From: Camelus dromedarius
Taxonomy: Eukaryota
DNA length: 64,000 bases
Assembly (NCBI RefSeq): GCF_036321535.1
Contig: NC_087472.1
Coordinates: 97,962,001-98,026,000 of the forward strand
Direction: 5' to 3'
This document shows positions 38,321-52,801 of the stretch, one piece after another (position 1 is the first letter of the stretch; each line of letters opens with the position of its first letter). Position numbers and translations under genes: made by a program. A model generated the notes under the pieces. That model was not told the origin of the DNA and did not search any database. It saw only the letters and a list, made by a program, of their open reading frames with translations.

Positions 38321-41300
38321 CTGATTAATTTATTATTATTATTTTGACTTCATGGCTGAGGGCATTGTAATTCTTCCACTGCTTAGCTCTATAAACATTT
38401 TTATTCTCAAACAACTCTGTATTCACCTCTGTCCTATGATATATTACACTGTTGGAACTGTTATTTACAAATCTACTTTTCCTTATGAACCGACAAGTAA
38501 TTTTAAAGTTATGAAATAATTGGGAGCTAGAACTCTTATTCATCATTGTATTCCCAGCCCTACAACAATATCTAGCAGGTGTTTCAAGAAATATTTGTTA
38601 AGTGATATGCATTTAACATAGTATTCTTCCTAAATTGGAATTAAACTATTATTATATCCCATTGTATAAAGTTTATGTCAGAGCAAGGCAAACAAACTGT
38701 GAAGTAGAGCATTCTGCTTCTGTCTCCACTACTTTACAAAAGAACTCTAGTTGCAAAAGTACAAGAGACAATAATCAGAGCATAGCAACAGTATTTTTCT
38801 ATTTAAATTATAATGACTACAAATAATTAGCAACAACAACCTCATATAATTAAAAAGAAAAAATCAAGATCTTAATAGCTTTATGGGCAAAAGGCACTGC
38901 TGTGTAGGTAATCTGCATCAAGAGAAGTAAAAACCAAAAAGCTAATTAGTAAAATTAAACAACCAGTCACACTTTTATATATTTAATAGGTGCAAAATAT
39001 TAGCAAAGTTGGAATTAATAATACCTAGGACTGTTCAGGTTTTACTAAATGTGACACCTTCTTATATTGTTCTTCATGATGCTTGATATTATAGTTGTTG
39101 GCTTAGACACTGACTTCCCCCAGTATACTGTAACTTTCCTATGGGCAGGACCCTTTCCTGATCTAGTTCTATTGTAAAACGATGTATATGCCCTCATACA
39201 TACAATCTTGTTAAAAAGCACTTTGTCAGCAAGTATATTTCAAAAGCTTATACATGCCCCCTTTGATCAAGTGGATTCATTCTTAAATATTTATTCTAAA
39301 GAAAACAATCAAGAGGAAAGGAAAAAGTTCTACACATTAAGGTATTTAACTCTGTATTATTTACAACACTTTAAAAATGAAATCTGTAGTAAATTTCTAA
39401 CAATAAAGAAATGATTGAATAAAATGTCACAGAAACACTAAAGAATATTATGTTGCCATTAAAATGGAAGATTATTTAACACCATGGATGCACGCCAATA
39501 CTATTAAATGAGAAAAAATCATACAAATCATACTATGCTCTGACTAAAATTATACCATATAATTATGCAAGATCCAGGGAGCAACATGGGAGAAGACAAA
39601 TAAAAAAGAAATAATTAGAAAATTTAAGGTTCTGGATTATAACAGAGTTTCCTTATTAAATGTTGCTCCTATGCATTCCTTCACTATGCCGCCCCCCGCC
39701 ACTCCCCTAGACACAGCCACGATGATCTCTCACCTGGATGGCTGCCGCAGCCTCCTAAATGGTCTTCCTACATCTTCCCTGGTTCATCCACAATCTAGTC
39801 TCAGCATAGCCAGAATCATACTGGAAATCATCAGTCAGATCTTGGCACTTTTCTGCTCAAAAGTCTCCAATGTGCTTCCCATGAGAAGATAGGGGAAAGC
39901 TTAGTAAATCTGAGAAACAAAAAGAAGACCAGTGTAACTGGGGAAAAAGCAATGGAGACATGCCAATGGAAAAGGGAGCGCCAAGTCACATACAGCCTTT
40001 AGGTCTGGGTACAGTGTTGAGATATTACTGTAAATGCAATGGAAAGATCATTGAAGGATTTAAAACAGGAATGACAGTGCTGTTATCATAATATTGCATG
40101 TGAACTTTGGGGCTAAAGTCACTGAAGCCCTGGGCTAATCAAAATGCAGTATGACAGCTAGCACTCTGCCTCATGTGCTGGAGACGGATCTCAAATGATA
40201 GTCAATTTACTGTTCTTATTCTACAATAAGTATTACTTCATACATATTACCGACGGCCCTGGGTGAGGGAGTAGCTTCATTATTACTAGTGTTTGTAGAG
40301 TAGTTTTAATATGCTGAATGCTTTAGAGTGGTTTTTATTCGATGCTTACAATAAAATTGAGGCACTGAGGTTTCAGTTCCTAAAGAACCATTTATGCTTA
40401 AAAAGGCTTTTGATTGATTTCTTCCCAACAAGCTATGTGCATTAACTCAAACTCAATCTGCACCGGAGCCTATGTGTATGCAAGTGAGAGGTGAAATGTG
40501 AATCTCCAAGGACCCTTGTTGATAGGTAAAAATTTCCTCTGGAGCATTCATGACAAATCCACCCTAGCATTCTCCTAGATGCATTCCCAGGTAACTCTGA
40601 AAGGTGGGCAGAGAAGATTCTTTCACCTCAGATGAATTCTCCAAAGACTAAGTTATATGTCTTGAGGAGAAATGGAAAATACCAAATGCTTATGCATGCT
40701 TGTTGTATTAAAATAACTAAGAAAAAATAGGACTGGCTTCTATGTAAAATAAACTCTTCCAATAGTCAGCAGTTTAAAGGAAGCTTTAGACTCTTTAGTT
40801 ACAGATATTGCTGGGTAAAGGCAATAATTCAGTAGAACTTTATCTAGAGCAGTATTTCTATCAAAATAAATTTTTGTTGTATTTTCCCATTAGAAAACAA
40901 AACGTAGACCTCCGGTTCCTCAGATATGGATCTACTCTCCCGCTCACCAAAGGGATACTAAAAATACTAAAAAGGCCATGTGGGCAAAATAAGAGACCCC
41001 CTACTAGAAGCAAGCTGCGGTGGCCTGCGGATACCAAAAGGCCTTAGGCCTTGGAAGCTGTAGGAACAGTGGTCAGGATGCATGACTCGGTTACCAACAG
41101 GGTGATGGCTGGAGAGTCTCCAATTTTCTTAGGCCCTCAGCTACCCACAGGCAGGGTCACAAAGGTTTTGTTCTCTGGGGAAAATGACGTGGAGACATTT
41201 TGGTTTCAGAAGACTCAAAAGAGAGGGCGTGAGCAATCACAGGGCTGAACACAGGTAAACTTAGGGGGAGTCTACCAACTCAACTGGGCTATCCCAGCCC

Positions 41301-42914
41301 AGAGATCCAGGACTTGGGGTCACCACAGCTATACGTTTGCCTAAGGGAGTACATAGACAAAACCGGATTCAAATCTGGCCCTGTTGCTTGCTAGCTAAAT
41401 AATGATAGGCAAGTTATTCACCCCTCCAAGCCTTGGTTCCCACCTATTAAATGGGGGTAAGGTTCTGGAGAGCTTTCTGAAGGACTCAAGATGGAACTAT
41501 CTTCAAGTACAAATACCTGTCAACTGACTCTTTCCTTCACATTTTTTTCCAACAGATGACTGTGGAGTATAGCCTGAAATCTTCAGTAAGTCATAAGTCA
41601 AAAGCTGGTTTGGAATGTTGCTCCAATTGCTCAGTAGAGCATTAGAGAATGGGCTTTGAAATCAAACAAAACTGACTTTATGCCTAGCTCCTCCAATTAC
41701 TAATGTGGTCTTGGCAAGTCACACAACTATTCCTCAGCTGTTAAGTAGAAATTATAACAACCATTTGCAAGACTGTTGTGAGGACTGGCTATAATGCAGG
41801 GCAAGAACCTAGCAGAGTGGCTAGAACACGGTAGGTGTCAAGAAATGTTTGCTGTTTTCATCATGATTATTAAGCAAAAAAAAAAAAAAATCATTTACAA
41901 ATGCCTGGCCAATCTCAGAATAAATTTGCTCTGGGCTAATTTCTTCATTCATCAAATGTCACTGGGGTGGAAGGGTTATGTGACTGTTACCAAGGTATGG
42001 ATTCCACTGACTTCTCTTCAAAATCAGTTTGCAAATTGACAGAGTGCACTTCTAAAGGGTAAACTATACTGTTCTTTTCGCTCAGGACACCTGCAGATAT
42101 TTCAGCCTAAGTGGCAGCATAAATGATACCCAATATTTTATCTAGCTTTTACAGTGGGAATTTTAACTGAATCACTTAGTTCTTCTTTCTCTGTAAAGTG
42201 GCATCTCAAGCCAGAATTAGTTCAAACAGTACTTTTGTGGCTTGTACATAGACAATTATCTTTGTTTCTTGGGCTCTGAGCCTCAATTCCTCTTTCAAGT
42301 GGAGAAAACATAAAACAAGAATATGATGAATAGCATTTCTCAGCTCTAATCAATGGAGAAAATAATTTTCATATAAATTCTCTAAAAATCCTAGAAGATC
42401 TAGCACTACATGTTATTTCATAGGATATTTTATTTACTGTTTCAATGGGATATATTTTAAAAGCTTAGAATGTATTATAAATCCATGGCATAGCCACAGA
42501 ATCTTATATTCTGTTATCTTCCTAATTGAGACAGTAACAAAACAAAATACACATTCAAATGAAACATGTAGCTAAACCATTTAGAAATAATTAGAATTAT
42601 AGATCAGGTTTTCTTTCACTGATCACAAATTATGGTAATGCTGTTGTGGTGCTCATTTCCGGGCTCACTTTGGTATGTTTATTAAAGCACAGTATTGTCA
42701 GATCACATGGAATATCTCATTTTCATTTTCCTATCTCCAATTCTAAAGGGGATTAAATTATCCAATTAAGCTGTTAATTAAAAAGATTCCTACAGAATAA
42801 ACTGCAGGCTACCAATGGCATTTAACATTTTCATTATGCTGTGCTCAAAAGCAATTTCCTAAATTCAGAGGAGCTCAAAGTTACTGCCTGGTATTTCACT
42901 TTAGAAGGTGTCGT

Positions 42915-43310
42915 TGGTATTGCTAGCTGATAGCAAACCCATTTCCTCCTCTTTCTGGGCACACAGCTATACTATATATCCCAGACTCCCCTGCAGCTAG
43001 GCTAGGCCAGGCCATATGGTTGAGCTCCAGCCAATGGAATATGAGCAGAAGTGACACAGATAAATTCTTGGACTAGACCAAACCTTCCATTCAATATCTT
43101 CCATGGTCTCTTCTCCTCCATCAGCTTCTTGAAGATGAACACGTATTCAATAGTGTTGAAAACAGGAGAATCACAATATGGAAGGGAACCCGGGTCCCTA
43201 AATCACCAATTGTAGGAGAGAAGCTCACTGATCATTAATACTCATTTTCTATGTAATGAAAACAAGAAATTACCTTAAATTGGGTTAAGCCATTGAGGTG
43301 ATCTGTTTCA
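42915..43310. mobile_element. Old MaLR LTR (MLT1-like)
   Basis: ccagccaatggaatatgagcagaagtgacac ... gggttaagccattgag. Confidence 0.6.
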
Positions 43311-44770
43311 ACATCTAGGGTGATCTTACTTATAAAAGAAAGCAACTGAACTTGAGGGACATGCAAATATCTTAAACCTAATTGGAAACATCAGCCTCCT
43401 TCAAATTTTAATCAGGTCCACTTAGATAAGTATCTAAAAATTGAAGCAGACTCAATACCTCAAAACCTATGAAATAGACCACAGCAAGAGAGATTCTAGA
43501 TTTCTTGCCTCCATTTCCCCAAAGCCCTTCCTTCCTGTCCATGCCCCAGAGATCACTCAGGAACTGTCATTTCTATGCATCTTCCTTCTGCCACTAGCCT
43601 ACATACAACTCGTATTTCAAGGATCAGCTCAGAAGCCAGAGTAAACTCTCTACAAGGGGCACTAATAGGCCATACTCAGACATTTATTCCCCACCAGCTC
43701 TGCAGTCTGATCTCCATGTCCTGTACGTGGATGCAATGGCACCCCTACTATATAAACCAGGACTTTTCCAGATCTTAGAACATTTCAGTGTAAGAAAGAT
43801 GCCTGAAATAGTCAAGCGGGGGCTCTAGCTGCACTGCAGCCTAATCCCAAAATGCCCAAGGGAGGAGTGAGTATGAATACCACAGTATGCCTCTGGATTT
43901 GTCTGGACTCAAGCAAGGCAGCCAGATGCTCATCGTCATCCTGCACCACTCAGTCTTCGTCCGAAGGTCGCCAGGGGATACGGGCTCCCGGGTACTTCCA
44001 GTTCTCCCAAAGTACTTGAGGCACAGAAGCTCCAGCAGCATGAAGACAGCCGTCCTCGAGAGCCAGAGCCAATGAGAAATAAAAGCACACAGAAGGTGAG
44101 GTTGGTGTGCCCCATCAAAGGGATGTGCTGGGGTCTGGGCAGAGGGAACACGGACCGCATCCACCGGAGAACTGAATAAGCCCTTCTCTGCGCACCAAAC
44201 CTGATGTCCTTGTAGATCATCACCCTTGTCAAGAGACAGGGTGACTGTAACAGTTTACATATCTGTTTCCCATGTTAGACCAGACTATTCATTGAGGCCC
44301 AGAGACTGCATGTGATCTGCTTAAATACAGCTAGTTAAGTGATTTAAATATAATGGCAGTCAGTTACTGTGAACTGAATGAGTGACTGTAAGTTGACTAG
44401 ATTGTTAAATAAAGCTGATAGCATATAGAGAAATGTTCATTGTCACTTTTGCAAGACCAGTCTTACCATGGTTGATAATTTCCTCAGAAGCCTCTCTTTT
44501 CTTCAATAGGAGTATTATTGCAGAAGCAATAAACCACATCTGCTTATATTCTGGAAGAAAATACAATGACCACCTTGTAAAGGTCTCTCGTTATCTACAG
44601 AGAAAATTAGTGCATTCAAATTTCACTTCCCTAAATCAAGAAACCTAGTCTACCGCAGTGCTTTGTGTACTTTGTAGGCAAATAATGTCTAAAACAGAAC
44701 TGCATATGTTATAGATGTAATAAATGTTAATACATTTTTAAAAAGAGAGGAAACAGAAAGTCTTCAACTT

Positions 44771-44776
44771 TTTATT
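44771..44776 (-). terminator. Candidate distal PHEX polyadenylation signal AATAAA
   Basis: About 3.17 kb after the stop codon, followed on the minus strand by a U-rich tract (ctttctgtttcctctcttttt). Confidence 0.4.
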
Positions 44777-45470
44777 GTCCTTAAAATGATTACTCACATG
44801 GTTTCACAAGTAGGGGGAAAAAATACAACAACTATTTAAATGTAAAATGCAGAATTCAAGCACATCTTTCCTAAACCAGTGGGGCACTGCCACTGACAAT
44901 GATAATGGTGTTACTTGAAATAATCATATATTCTTCCATAATTTAATATGCAACTGACACATTATGCTAAAAATACGAAGGAAGAAGCCTATCAAATGCT
45001 CGGTGATTAGAGAAACACTGATGGAATAAAAGTCCTCAGAAATGGGGTAACCTGAGGGATGAAGGTTAATGCAAATGTCAGCGGCCCAAGAAACAAAGCC
45101 TGCCTTTCCTGACTCTGGGATACTTGATAAGCAATTTCAAACCTCTCCACTGGTCTGGCACAAGCATAACCTGTGTGGCAAGGCATAGTTCCTGGTTGTT
45201 TCTTAGTGATGCTCCAGGGCTAAATAAGATAAAATTTATGTGCTGTGCTTTAAGCTCCATTGAGGAAAGGCACTGAATAAACTTCAAGATAATTTATGGA
45301 TCCTGAGCTTGCATTAGTCATTTCCAAGTCCATCTCATAAAAGGAAAAAATGGAAATAGGAGGCCAACGCTGTGTGTTGGTGAAAAGCTCAACAAACTTT
45401 GGGCAATGATGAAAAGCCCAAACAAGACCATTTCATATACATCAGATCGTGGACTAATCCAGGAGAATTT

Positions 45471-45494
45471 CACACACACACACACACACACACA
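45471..45494. repeat. (CA)n microsatellite in the putative long PHEX 3'UTR
   Basis: Directly visible. Confidence 0.9.
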
Positions 45495-47700
45495 AACCCT
45501 AACTCCTTCCACTGCCCAGACAATCATTAACTGGCAAGACATCTGAGATATGAACAAGAGAAGTGTGTTACAGCAATCCTGGTCTGAGTTCCAATATCTA
45601 ATTTCCTTTTAATTTACCGTAATTATTTTTGTAAAACTTCATGGCTCTACTCCAGTGGATGTGCTAGTAAGGAGTGCCAAAATCCTGTGTTCACTTCAGA
45701 GTCACATTCTTGGGCCAGCTTCTCCCTTCCAGCTGCATTTTACCTTCCTCCCTCTACCACTGAATCAGAGTCTGCTGCTTTTAGTAATCTGTACCGAAGA
45801 GAAGGGGCAAAAAGAATGTACTCTGAAAATTTAAATGTGAGCATGTATTTGGAAAGCTGATCTACTAGAAAACTGTTCCAGCTAGCAGTAGTGATGATTT
45901 TGGGCTGCTTTGGGTTTGTTTTAAAATGGCCATCCTATCTACAACTTTCAGTATAAATGAGTTACATCAAATGAAGTTAATCAGGATAAGGTAGCCACAT
46001 CATTTAGAAACTGTGAGGGCCCCAACTGTTTACCAACCAATTTTTCTAAACCAGTAAGTGACTGAATGAGCCCCATTTCCAAAGTCATAATTCTATGCTT
46101 TTATCAAACACTTTCTCTGACCTGCAGGAATGTGTTTATTTGGAGTTTACAAAGCGAAATCTAGAAGGGAAATGCTATTCACATAAGCCTTAAAAAACCT
46201 CAGCTGATTTTAAATGTTCAAGTACTGGAATAAAACCGGGAGACTCTTATATGTCCAAACCAAATCAGAATAATTCCACCAGAGAAAAGGCACATAAGTT
46301 TCCAGCACCCCTAACTGCTTGCTTTTAAAATACAAACTAAGGTCACATGAAGCCATGGTTAAGAGGAGGAAAAGGCAGCTGCCCTTCAGGAGTTGATCCA
46401 TTCGGAGAGGAAGAAGTCAAGGGGAAAATCACTCTCCTCTAAGGCAGAGTAACTGTTTTCCTCCTGATGGCGCCACTGCATTTTTATCCCTTTACAAGTT
46501 CCCATGGTTACAAGAGGACGTTGCATACAGTTATACTTCAAAAAAAAAAAAAAAGATGCCAAATCCCAAGGATGCAAAATGGCTTCCTATGGTCAGACTG
46601 AATTTGTCATTTTCTTTTCGAGACCTTCCCATTTGTCCACTTAACCCAGAACTCCATGTACCAGGAATAATGTGAAGAGGGGATGGCTCCTTTAAGAAAT
46701 CAAAAATGCCAGGGAACCACTTTAAGGCTGTTACAATTTTATCCTACACACATTCTCCTAAAGATGGAGGAGTTCACTTGAAAGGATAAAGCTCTGAGGA
46801 TCAAAAACATACTACTGTTCTGACAGACTCTTGAGAGGAAGACTTGAAGAATAAAAATTATGTTTGTTTGGACAATGCAGGGAATTTTAATTTCAATCAA
46901 TAGTTTCTAAAATGTCTTCAATCAAGAAACTTTTTCAAAAAAGGTTTTTTTAAAGAGAGGTCACTTTAACAGAGCCAAAACAAAAGGGCACCTTCCTCAG
47001 TGTGGGGTTTGTCCCTCTGCACTAAAGGGGAAGGAAAGCCACACGCTCCTAATGGGGAATCTGAAAATCATTTTCTCAGTAACAGGAGAATGCACATATA
47101 TGAGGATAAGAAGACAAACAGAGAAGTGTCTGTCACTCGGACATCACCACCCAGGTTTGGATTTTGGAGGTTTCACCTCCTTCTCATGTCCCTGCTGTTG
47201 CGAGGCTAAGAGTTCTGGCTTCTTCTGGCACTTAACGATATACCCTCTTCTTTCTATTTGATAAACTCAAACCTTGGCCTTCTGCCCACTTTCTTCATGC
47301 AGATTTGAACAGGGTGATGGGCTACATCAGATACAAGCTGTGAGGCACGTATTCATCCCCCATAGACTCCAAAGCTGAAGGCAAGAACTTCATCAAAAAT
47401 TGTAAAATGAAGATTCAACATATTTCCAACTTAACTACCTTACAGTTAATCAATGCTATGCTACAACGATCTATGAAATCTAGCACTGCATTCCACAGAC
47501 CTCCCAGATATCCATGCCCATGTCTACTTAACTGAGGGTTACAAGTTTAATAGACTGAATTTTTTTCTGGATACATTCTACTTAGGGCCCCTGCAAAGCA
47601 ATAGATTAAAATGGTCCATACCACTTAGCTGTGGCTTACATACTAAAATGGACAATAACTACAATTCAGCAGATAGTGTTTTAACAAAGTAGCCTAGGGA

Positions 47701-47706
47701 TTTATT
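47701..47706 (-). terminator. Proximal PHEX polyadenylation signal AATAAA
   Basis: tttatt on the plus strand, about 240 nt after the stop codon. This is close to the recalled position of the human signal next to c.*231. Confidence 0.6.
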
Positions 47707-47944
47707 TGTGTTGGTTTGGTTTTCTAAAGAAACATACTTGGTTCACTTTTCATATTCCATTTTTTAAGCCTTACAACGTTGAATAGATATTATTTAGATC
47801 TAAGCAATACCCAAATAATAAAGATGCATGAAAAATAAACATCCTCGGGGGGACATAGGCCTAAAGCAGTAGGTGATGAGTGCTCGGAGCTGCCTCTGCT
47901 GGCACTGTACAGCTCTCTCAGGATGGCATAAACCAGCAGTCCAG

Positions 47945-48061
<117 letters not shown>

Positions 48062-48379
48062 TCAATGTCCATGTCATTTAATTCTTACGTATCAGTAGGT
48101 TCTGGATAAAATTGCAGGAGCATATTCCTTGATGCGATGTGGCATTCATTTAATCTGTTTACAGGGAAATAACTGAAGCCCAAAATGGTTAAGTAAATTT
48201 CCAAAGAAATTAAGAGCTGAGACTAGAATCAGGCAAATGCTATTCATCTTCCAAATATCTTCAAATTCCTGGAAACTGTAGGATTTACATTTCCTATAAA
48301 TTATATTTAGGGTTGTACATGCCTATAAATTTCAAATTTCTACAAACAATAAGATTTACCAATACTTAGCTTTTCTATT

Positions 48380-48710
48380 TTTTAATTCAACTTTTAATGG
48401 AAGATATAAGTGATACAGAGCACACACATTTTAAATATAAAGCTCACTGGTTTTTCCATATACATACATGTACATCCATGTTACTATCACCCAGACCAAG
48501 ACATGGACTATTTCCACACCCAGAAGGCTCCCTTGTGCACCCTAACAGTTGCGCCCCCAAGGATAACTACCAGCCTGACTGCTATCGTCACAGATTAGCT
48601 TTGCCTGTTTTTGAACTTCATGAGTGGATCACACAGCATGCACTTTTTTGTCTCTGACTTCTTTCACTCAATATTATGTCTGTAAGATTCATCCATGTTG
48701 TTGCTGTCTT
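48380..48710 (-). mobile_element. Ancient L1ME-like fragment in PHEX intron 21
   Basis: gattagctttgcctgtttttgaacttcat...gacttctttcactcaatattatgtctgtaagattcatccatgttgttgc. Confidence 0.75.
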
Positions 48711-50622
48711 TAAATTATCTTTAAAGAACTCAATCTACAAAAACACTTTCTATAAATTCCTATTACATTTGAAGGCTCATATTTACCTAGAGTTTGGTTC
48801 ATGCAACAATAAACTCATGAATGGTGCCTAGTTGTTACAGATGAGTAATGCTTTACTGGAGTTAGCTCCAAAGTCTGGTGTTCTTGCAAGTTTCCCGACT
48901 GCAGTAAAGACTGCAGATTCCTACTCAGCACTTTGATTGTAACTGCCTTTTGGAAGTGGTATTTCCATTGTGTGATTTCTGCTGCACTCAAAATCTGCAG
49001 TTACTGCAGACATCACTAACAGGCCAGCAAAAAACCTCCTCCCTCATCTATTTCTTACTCAACTGCATGTTCAAAAGGTTGACTGGAGACAGCATCCTCG
49101 GTCACTGACTGTTCTTTTCCCTAATGATTTTGTTCCCTATGGGCATTTGAATGAATATAATGGCCTGTATCCAAAAATCTCCACAACCTCTTGTGTTTTA
49201 GCTGGGATGTATGGGGAGAGATGTGTATTTCATAGTGTGATTCACCCTGGGCAAGTGTTAAGGATAGAATTTAGCTGACAATTTACAAGCATAGTCTGCA
49301 AATTATCAGCTAAAATCCAACATTACACGCAACTAGTTAGTAAAAGGAAATTAGTTTCTAAAAACTCATCTGTTGAGTAATTAATCTACTGTGTGGTTTC
49401 ATCTGCACCATTTGTCAGTGGGATCACATTTTAGTCCATTAGAGACTGTCAGCATTCTTGACAGTTTAGCCCAGTGGGGGAGAATTTCCAACACAGTGAT
49501 TAGATTTTTATGCTATCAGGTAATTTATAGTCAATTTCTGAAACATTTCTAAGGCAAGGTTTTAGGAATATGATTTTAAAATATAGGAGAAATTTTAGAT
49601 GACTTTCTGGCAATATGCTAATGGATTCATTTAAATATTAAACATAAAGCTATCCAGATGTAATAGGTTCTAAGCAAAGAACAAATAAATATAAATTATC
49701 ATGATTTCTTGGACTTCCTATTATAATTCTCTGTCCCCTACTATAGAAAACTTCCCTCAAACTAAGCTAGAAACCTAGCAAGGGGCAAGTAATATTAACC
49801 TTAATTTTATTTTTACTTAATATTTTATACATTCTGACAATTAAATAAGACTAATTCATAATCCTTTCACCTTCATATATAAGCAACTATTTCAAAATAT
49901 GACTTAAACTAAAAGCCAAAATGTAGAGCTTTTGCCTCTAGATATGAATTACAATAGCTAAATATCACCATATATCCTCCTTTGTGTTCAGAGCTATTCA
50001 AAAAGTGGGTAGTCCTTCATGTCTGTTGGTTGGCTGCATGAAAGAACAAGAGGCATTAAATAGGATATTCTACAACATAAAGTAAACCAGAGCTCTAGGT
50101 GTTTTGAGGCACAGTACATAAGATCTCATCCTTGTCTAAGAAAAGAGAACTTTTTGGCCCAGATTTAAAAAAAAAAAGTAGGTGGTTGGAGATATCAAAT
50201 ATGCCTGTTTACTGAGCACCCATGGTGCATCCATAGCACATGGATAGCTGCCTTTCAAAAGTTGTAAGATAATAAATGGGAATCAATACTCAAGCTATGT
50301 TCTGGACTCTAAACTACCTGTAAATTACCTGTGGCAATCTTCTACAATCTCATAGATCACTTGATACTAGAGATGTGTGCAAAAGCCTACTACAGATATG
50401 TAGGGGAGAGAATGCTGACTAAACCAGCTTCCTACTAATTAGAGAAGATGCTTCATTTCTGTTTGGCCAGATTTTTTTTTTAATCTGTGAAATGGAGCTA
50501 TCACTGTTCACAATGCAGGCTTTTGTTGAGATCACCTATTTGTAGAGCTCTGGGATGGCTGGGTAGTGGAGTCGTGGAGAGATGTACAGTTAAAAACTAG
50601 TGTCACCCATTTGCCTATTTAC

Positions 50623-50699
50623 CTAAACTGAGGAGGGCTGTGAGCACCAACTTGGATTTGTTCTCGGGCAGCTTCTGGTCTGTAGGAATTGCACCTCAC
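50623..50699 (-). CDS. PHEX: PHEX coding exon 21 (77 bp), VRCNSYRPEAAREQIQVGAHSPPQF(R)
   Basis: Contains the HSP motif of M13 peptidases. Acceptor ttctag|, donor |gtaaat. Read manually. Confidence 0.97.
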
Positions 50700-52583
50700 C
50701 TAGAAGAGAAAAGCATCCCAATAATTGTTTCCATTTCAATTACACATTTTCTACTGCCTTAACAGTTCCAAATTATACTGAAGAGTAATTTTAGACTCAG
50801 TGGATGACAGTTTTAGTAGATCAGATAAAACCTTCATCAGTAGTAACATCTATTACTCCAATCCCCAAAGTAGAAGGTTTTACCGATCGTGAATACTTCC
50901 ACAATTTGAGTAAGTAGGAAGGTTTCCAGACAAATGCTTTAAATCAAGAGAATAGTGTATATGCCCAAGAATCAACCAATGTATTGATTCAATTAATATA
51001 ATGTGTAGAATAACCCTTATCAAATTGAACCATACTTATTTGAGTTAATAAAATAAATCAGCACCCATTATTGAGCATGGTCACAAGAAGTTAGTATTTT
51101 GCATCCTGGGTGCCTTGCTTGCCTCATTGCAGTTCAGGCCCTGGATAGGAGGACATTGCTCCTGCTCCTGTGAAGTTAGGCAGGCTATGTGACTTGCTCT
51201 GACCAACAAAATGTGAGCAGAAGTGATAGGTGTCACTTCTTGGTGCAAGCTTTAAAAACCTGGCAAAAGTTTTAAGAATCTTAAGAACAGTTTAAGATGC
51301 CACATTAAGAGCCAGTGCACATTTCCTCATATTTCTTTCCTACTCCTGTGGTGACCATGGAAGCACATGTTGAGATAAAGACTCCACAACCCAGGTCCTT
51401 GAGTAGTGACTGTGAGCAGAGCCCCACTGCTGCCCCATGTTGGACATGGAGCATGAACAAGAAAAAAAGAAACTTTCCTTGTGCTGTTTGTTCAGTACCA
51501 TAACCTACTTAATTCTAATTTGAACTGTGTCTTGAAATAAGATATAGCTTGAAGTAGGAAAAGAAGTAGGAAACAGGAATATGATGGGAATAATTCCAAA
51601 TGGAGGAGAAAATGGAAACAAAGACATATCTGAGAGGGGAAAAAAAAAAGCAAGCCATTCAGCTTAGCTGGACAGGCAGCAATGGGAGAGCAGGGGAGGG
51701 CGAGGCCGGGGCTGGAGGTCTCAAGTCCTCAGCAAAAGGCTGAAGTCTTCAAACTATATTTAAACATTGTTTTTGAGCACAGATTTGATTTAAAAATCTA
51801 CTTTTAAAAGATTTATTGGACATGGGTATAGTAGTAGGAGGAAATCAGTGACTAGTTAGAAGAACATTTATGGGCCCCAGGAAGATTCCCAATAAATGTT
51901 CACTAAGTAAGTAGCAGTGAGAACAGAGAGAAGTAGGAGGGGAAGAAGACTATATGAGGGGAGGATGGACAGGTCACTGAACCACAGGAAGCAGGGAAGG
52001 TGACACGATGCTATTGCTTTTGATGAAGATAAACCATCAGTCACTGTGGCTCTGAATTTGACTTTGAAGTTTTTGTAATGAGTCCTTCACTTCCTCCGAA
52101 CTTGGCTAACATGAAGCCGTTTCTCACAATCAATTTGACCTCACTTTTTCTTATGTTATTTCTTCTTATATTCTTACATTATTATACAGCATTGTCTTTG
52201 CTTCATATATCATTTAAGAGATTTCTAAAACACACATTTTGGTTCTTACTGTTTTCCTAGTAACTTCTCAGGAGAGAAAATCATTTTACTCCTTTTATAA
52301 GTAGACTTATTCCAAAGTACAAAAGGTTGAAAATCTCCTCAATCTGTCAGTATGAAAAGCTCCAAGACAAATTTCTCATAAGTAATACTAAATAGCCTGC
52401 CATTTTTCCTTAATCTCTTTAGTTTAAAGTAAATTATATATAGTTTGAAATTTTATTTGGAGACATTTCAAAAGTATGACTGTAATGGTGACAGCAGTTA
52501 GTTTACTTCACATACTAAGATGGACCTTAGGTAAGTAAGAATCTAAATAAGAACTGATGGGCCTTGTACTTTGGCCTCTAGAG

Positions 52584-52801
52584 TAGGGGACAGCAAACGG
52601 TTTCTGTAAAAGGACAGACAATAAATATTTTAGGCTTTTCAGTCTTAAAGTTTCTGTTTAACTATTCAACTCTGCCACTGTAGCACAAAAACAGCCACAG
52701 ACAATATGTAAAGAGCATGGCTGTTTTCCAATAAAACATTATTTACAAAAAAAAGATAGCAGGCCATATTTGGCCCAAGGGTTCTAGTTTGCCAACCCCT
52801 G
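52584..52801 (+). mobile_element. MER58A-like hAT MITE
   Basis: Terminal inverted repeats taggggacagcaaac ... gtttgccaacccctg. Confidence 0.8.

Noticed and set aside
46458..46478. CTCF/YY1-like cctcctgatggcgcc in the PHEX 3' region
   Set aside because: Mismatches at core positions, and a single motif cannot be supported without ChIP data.
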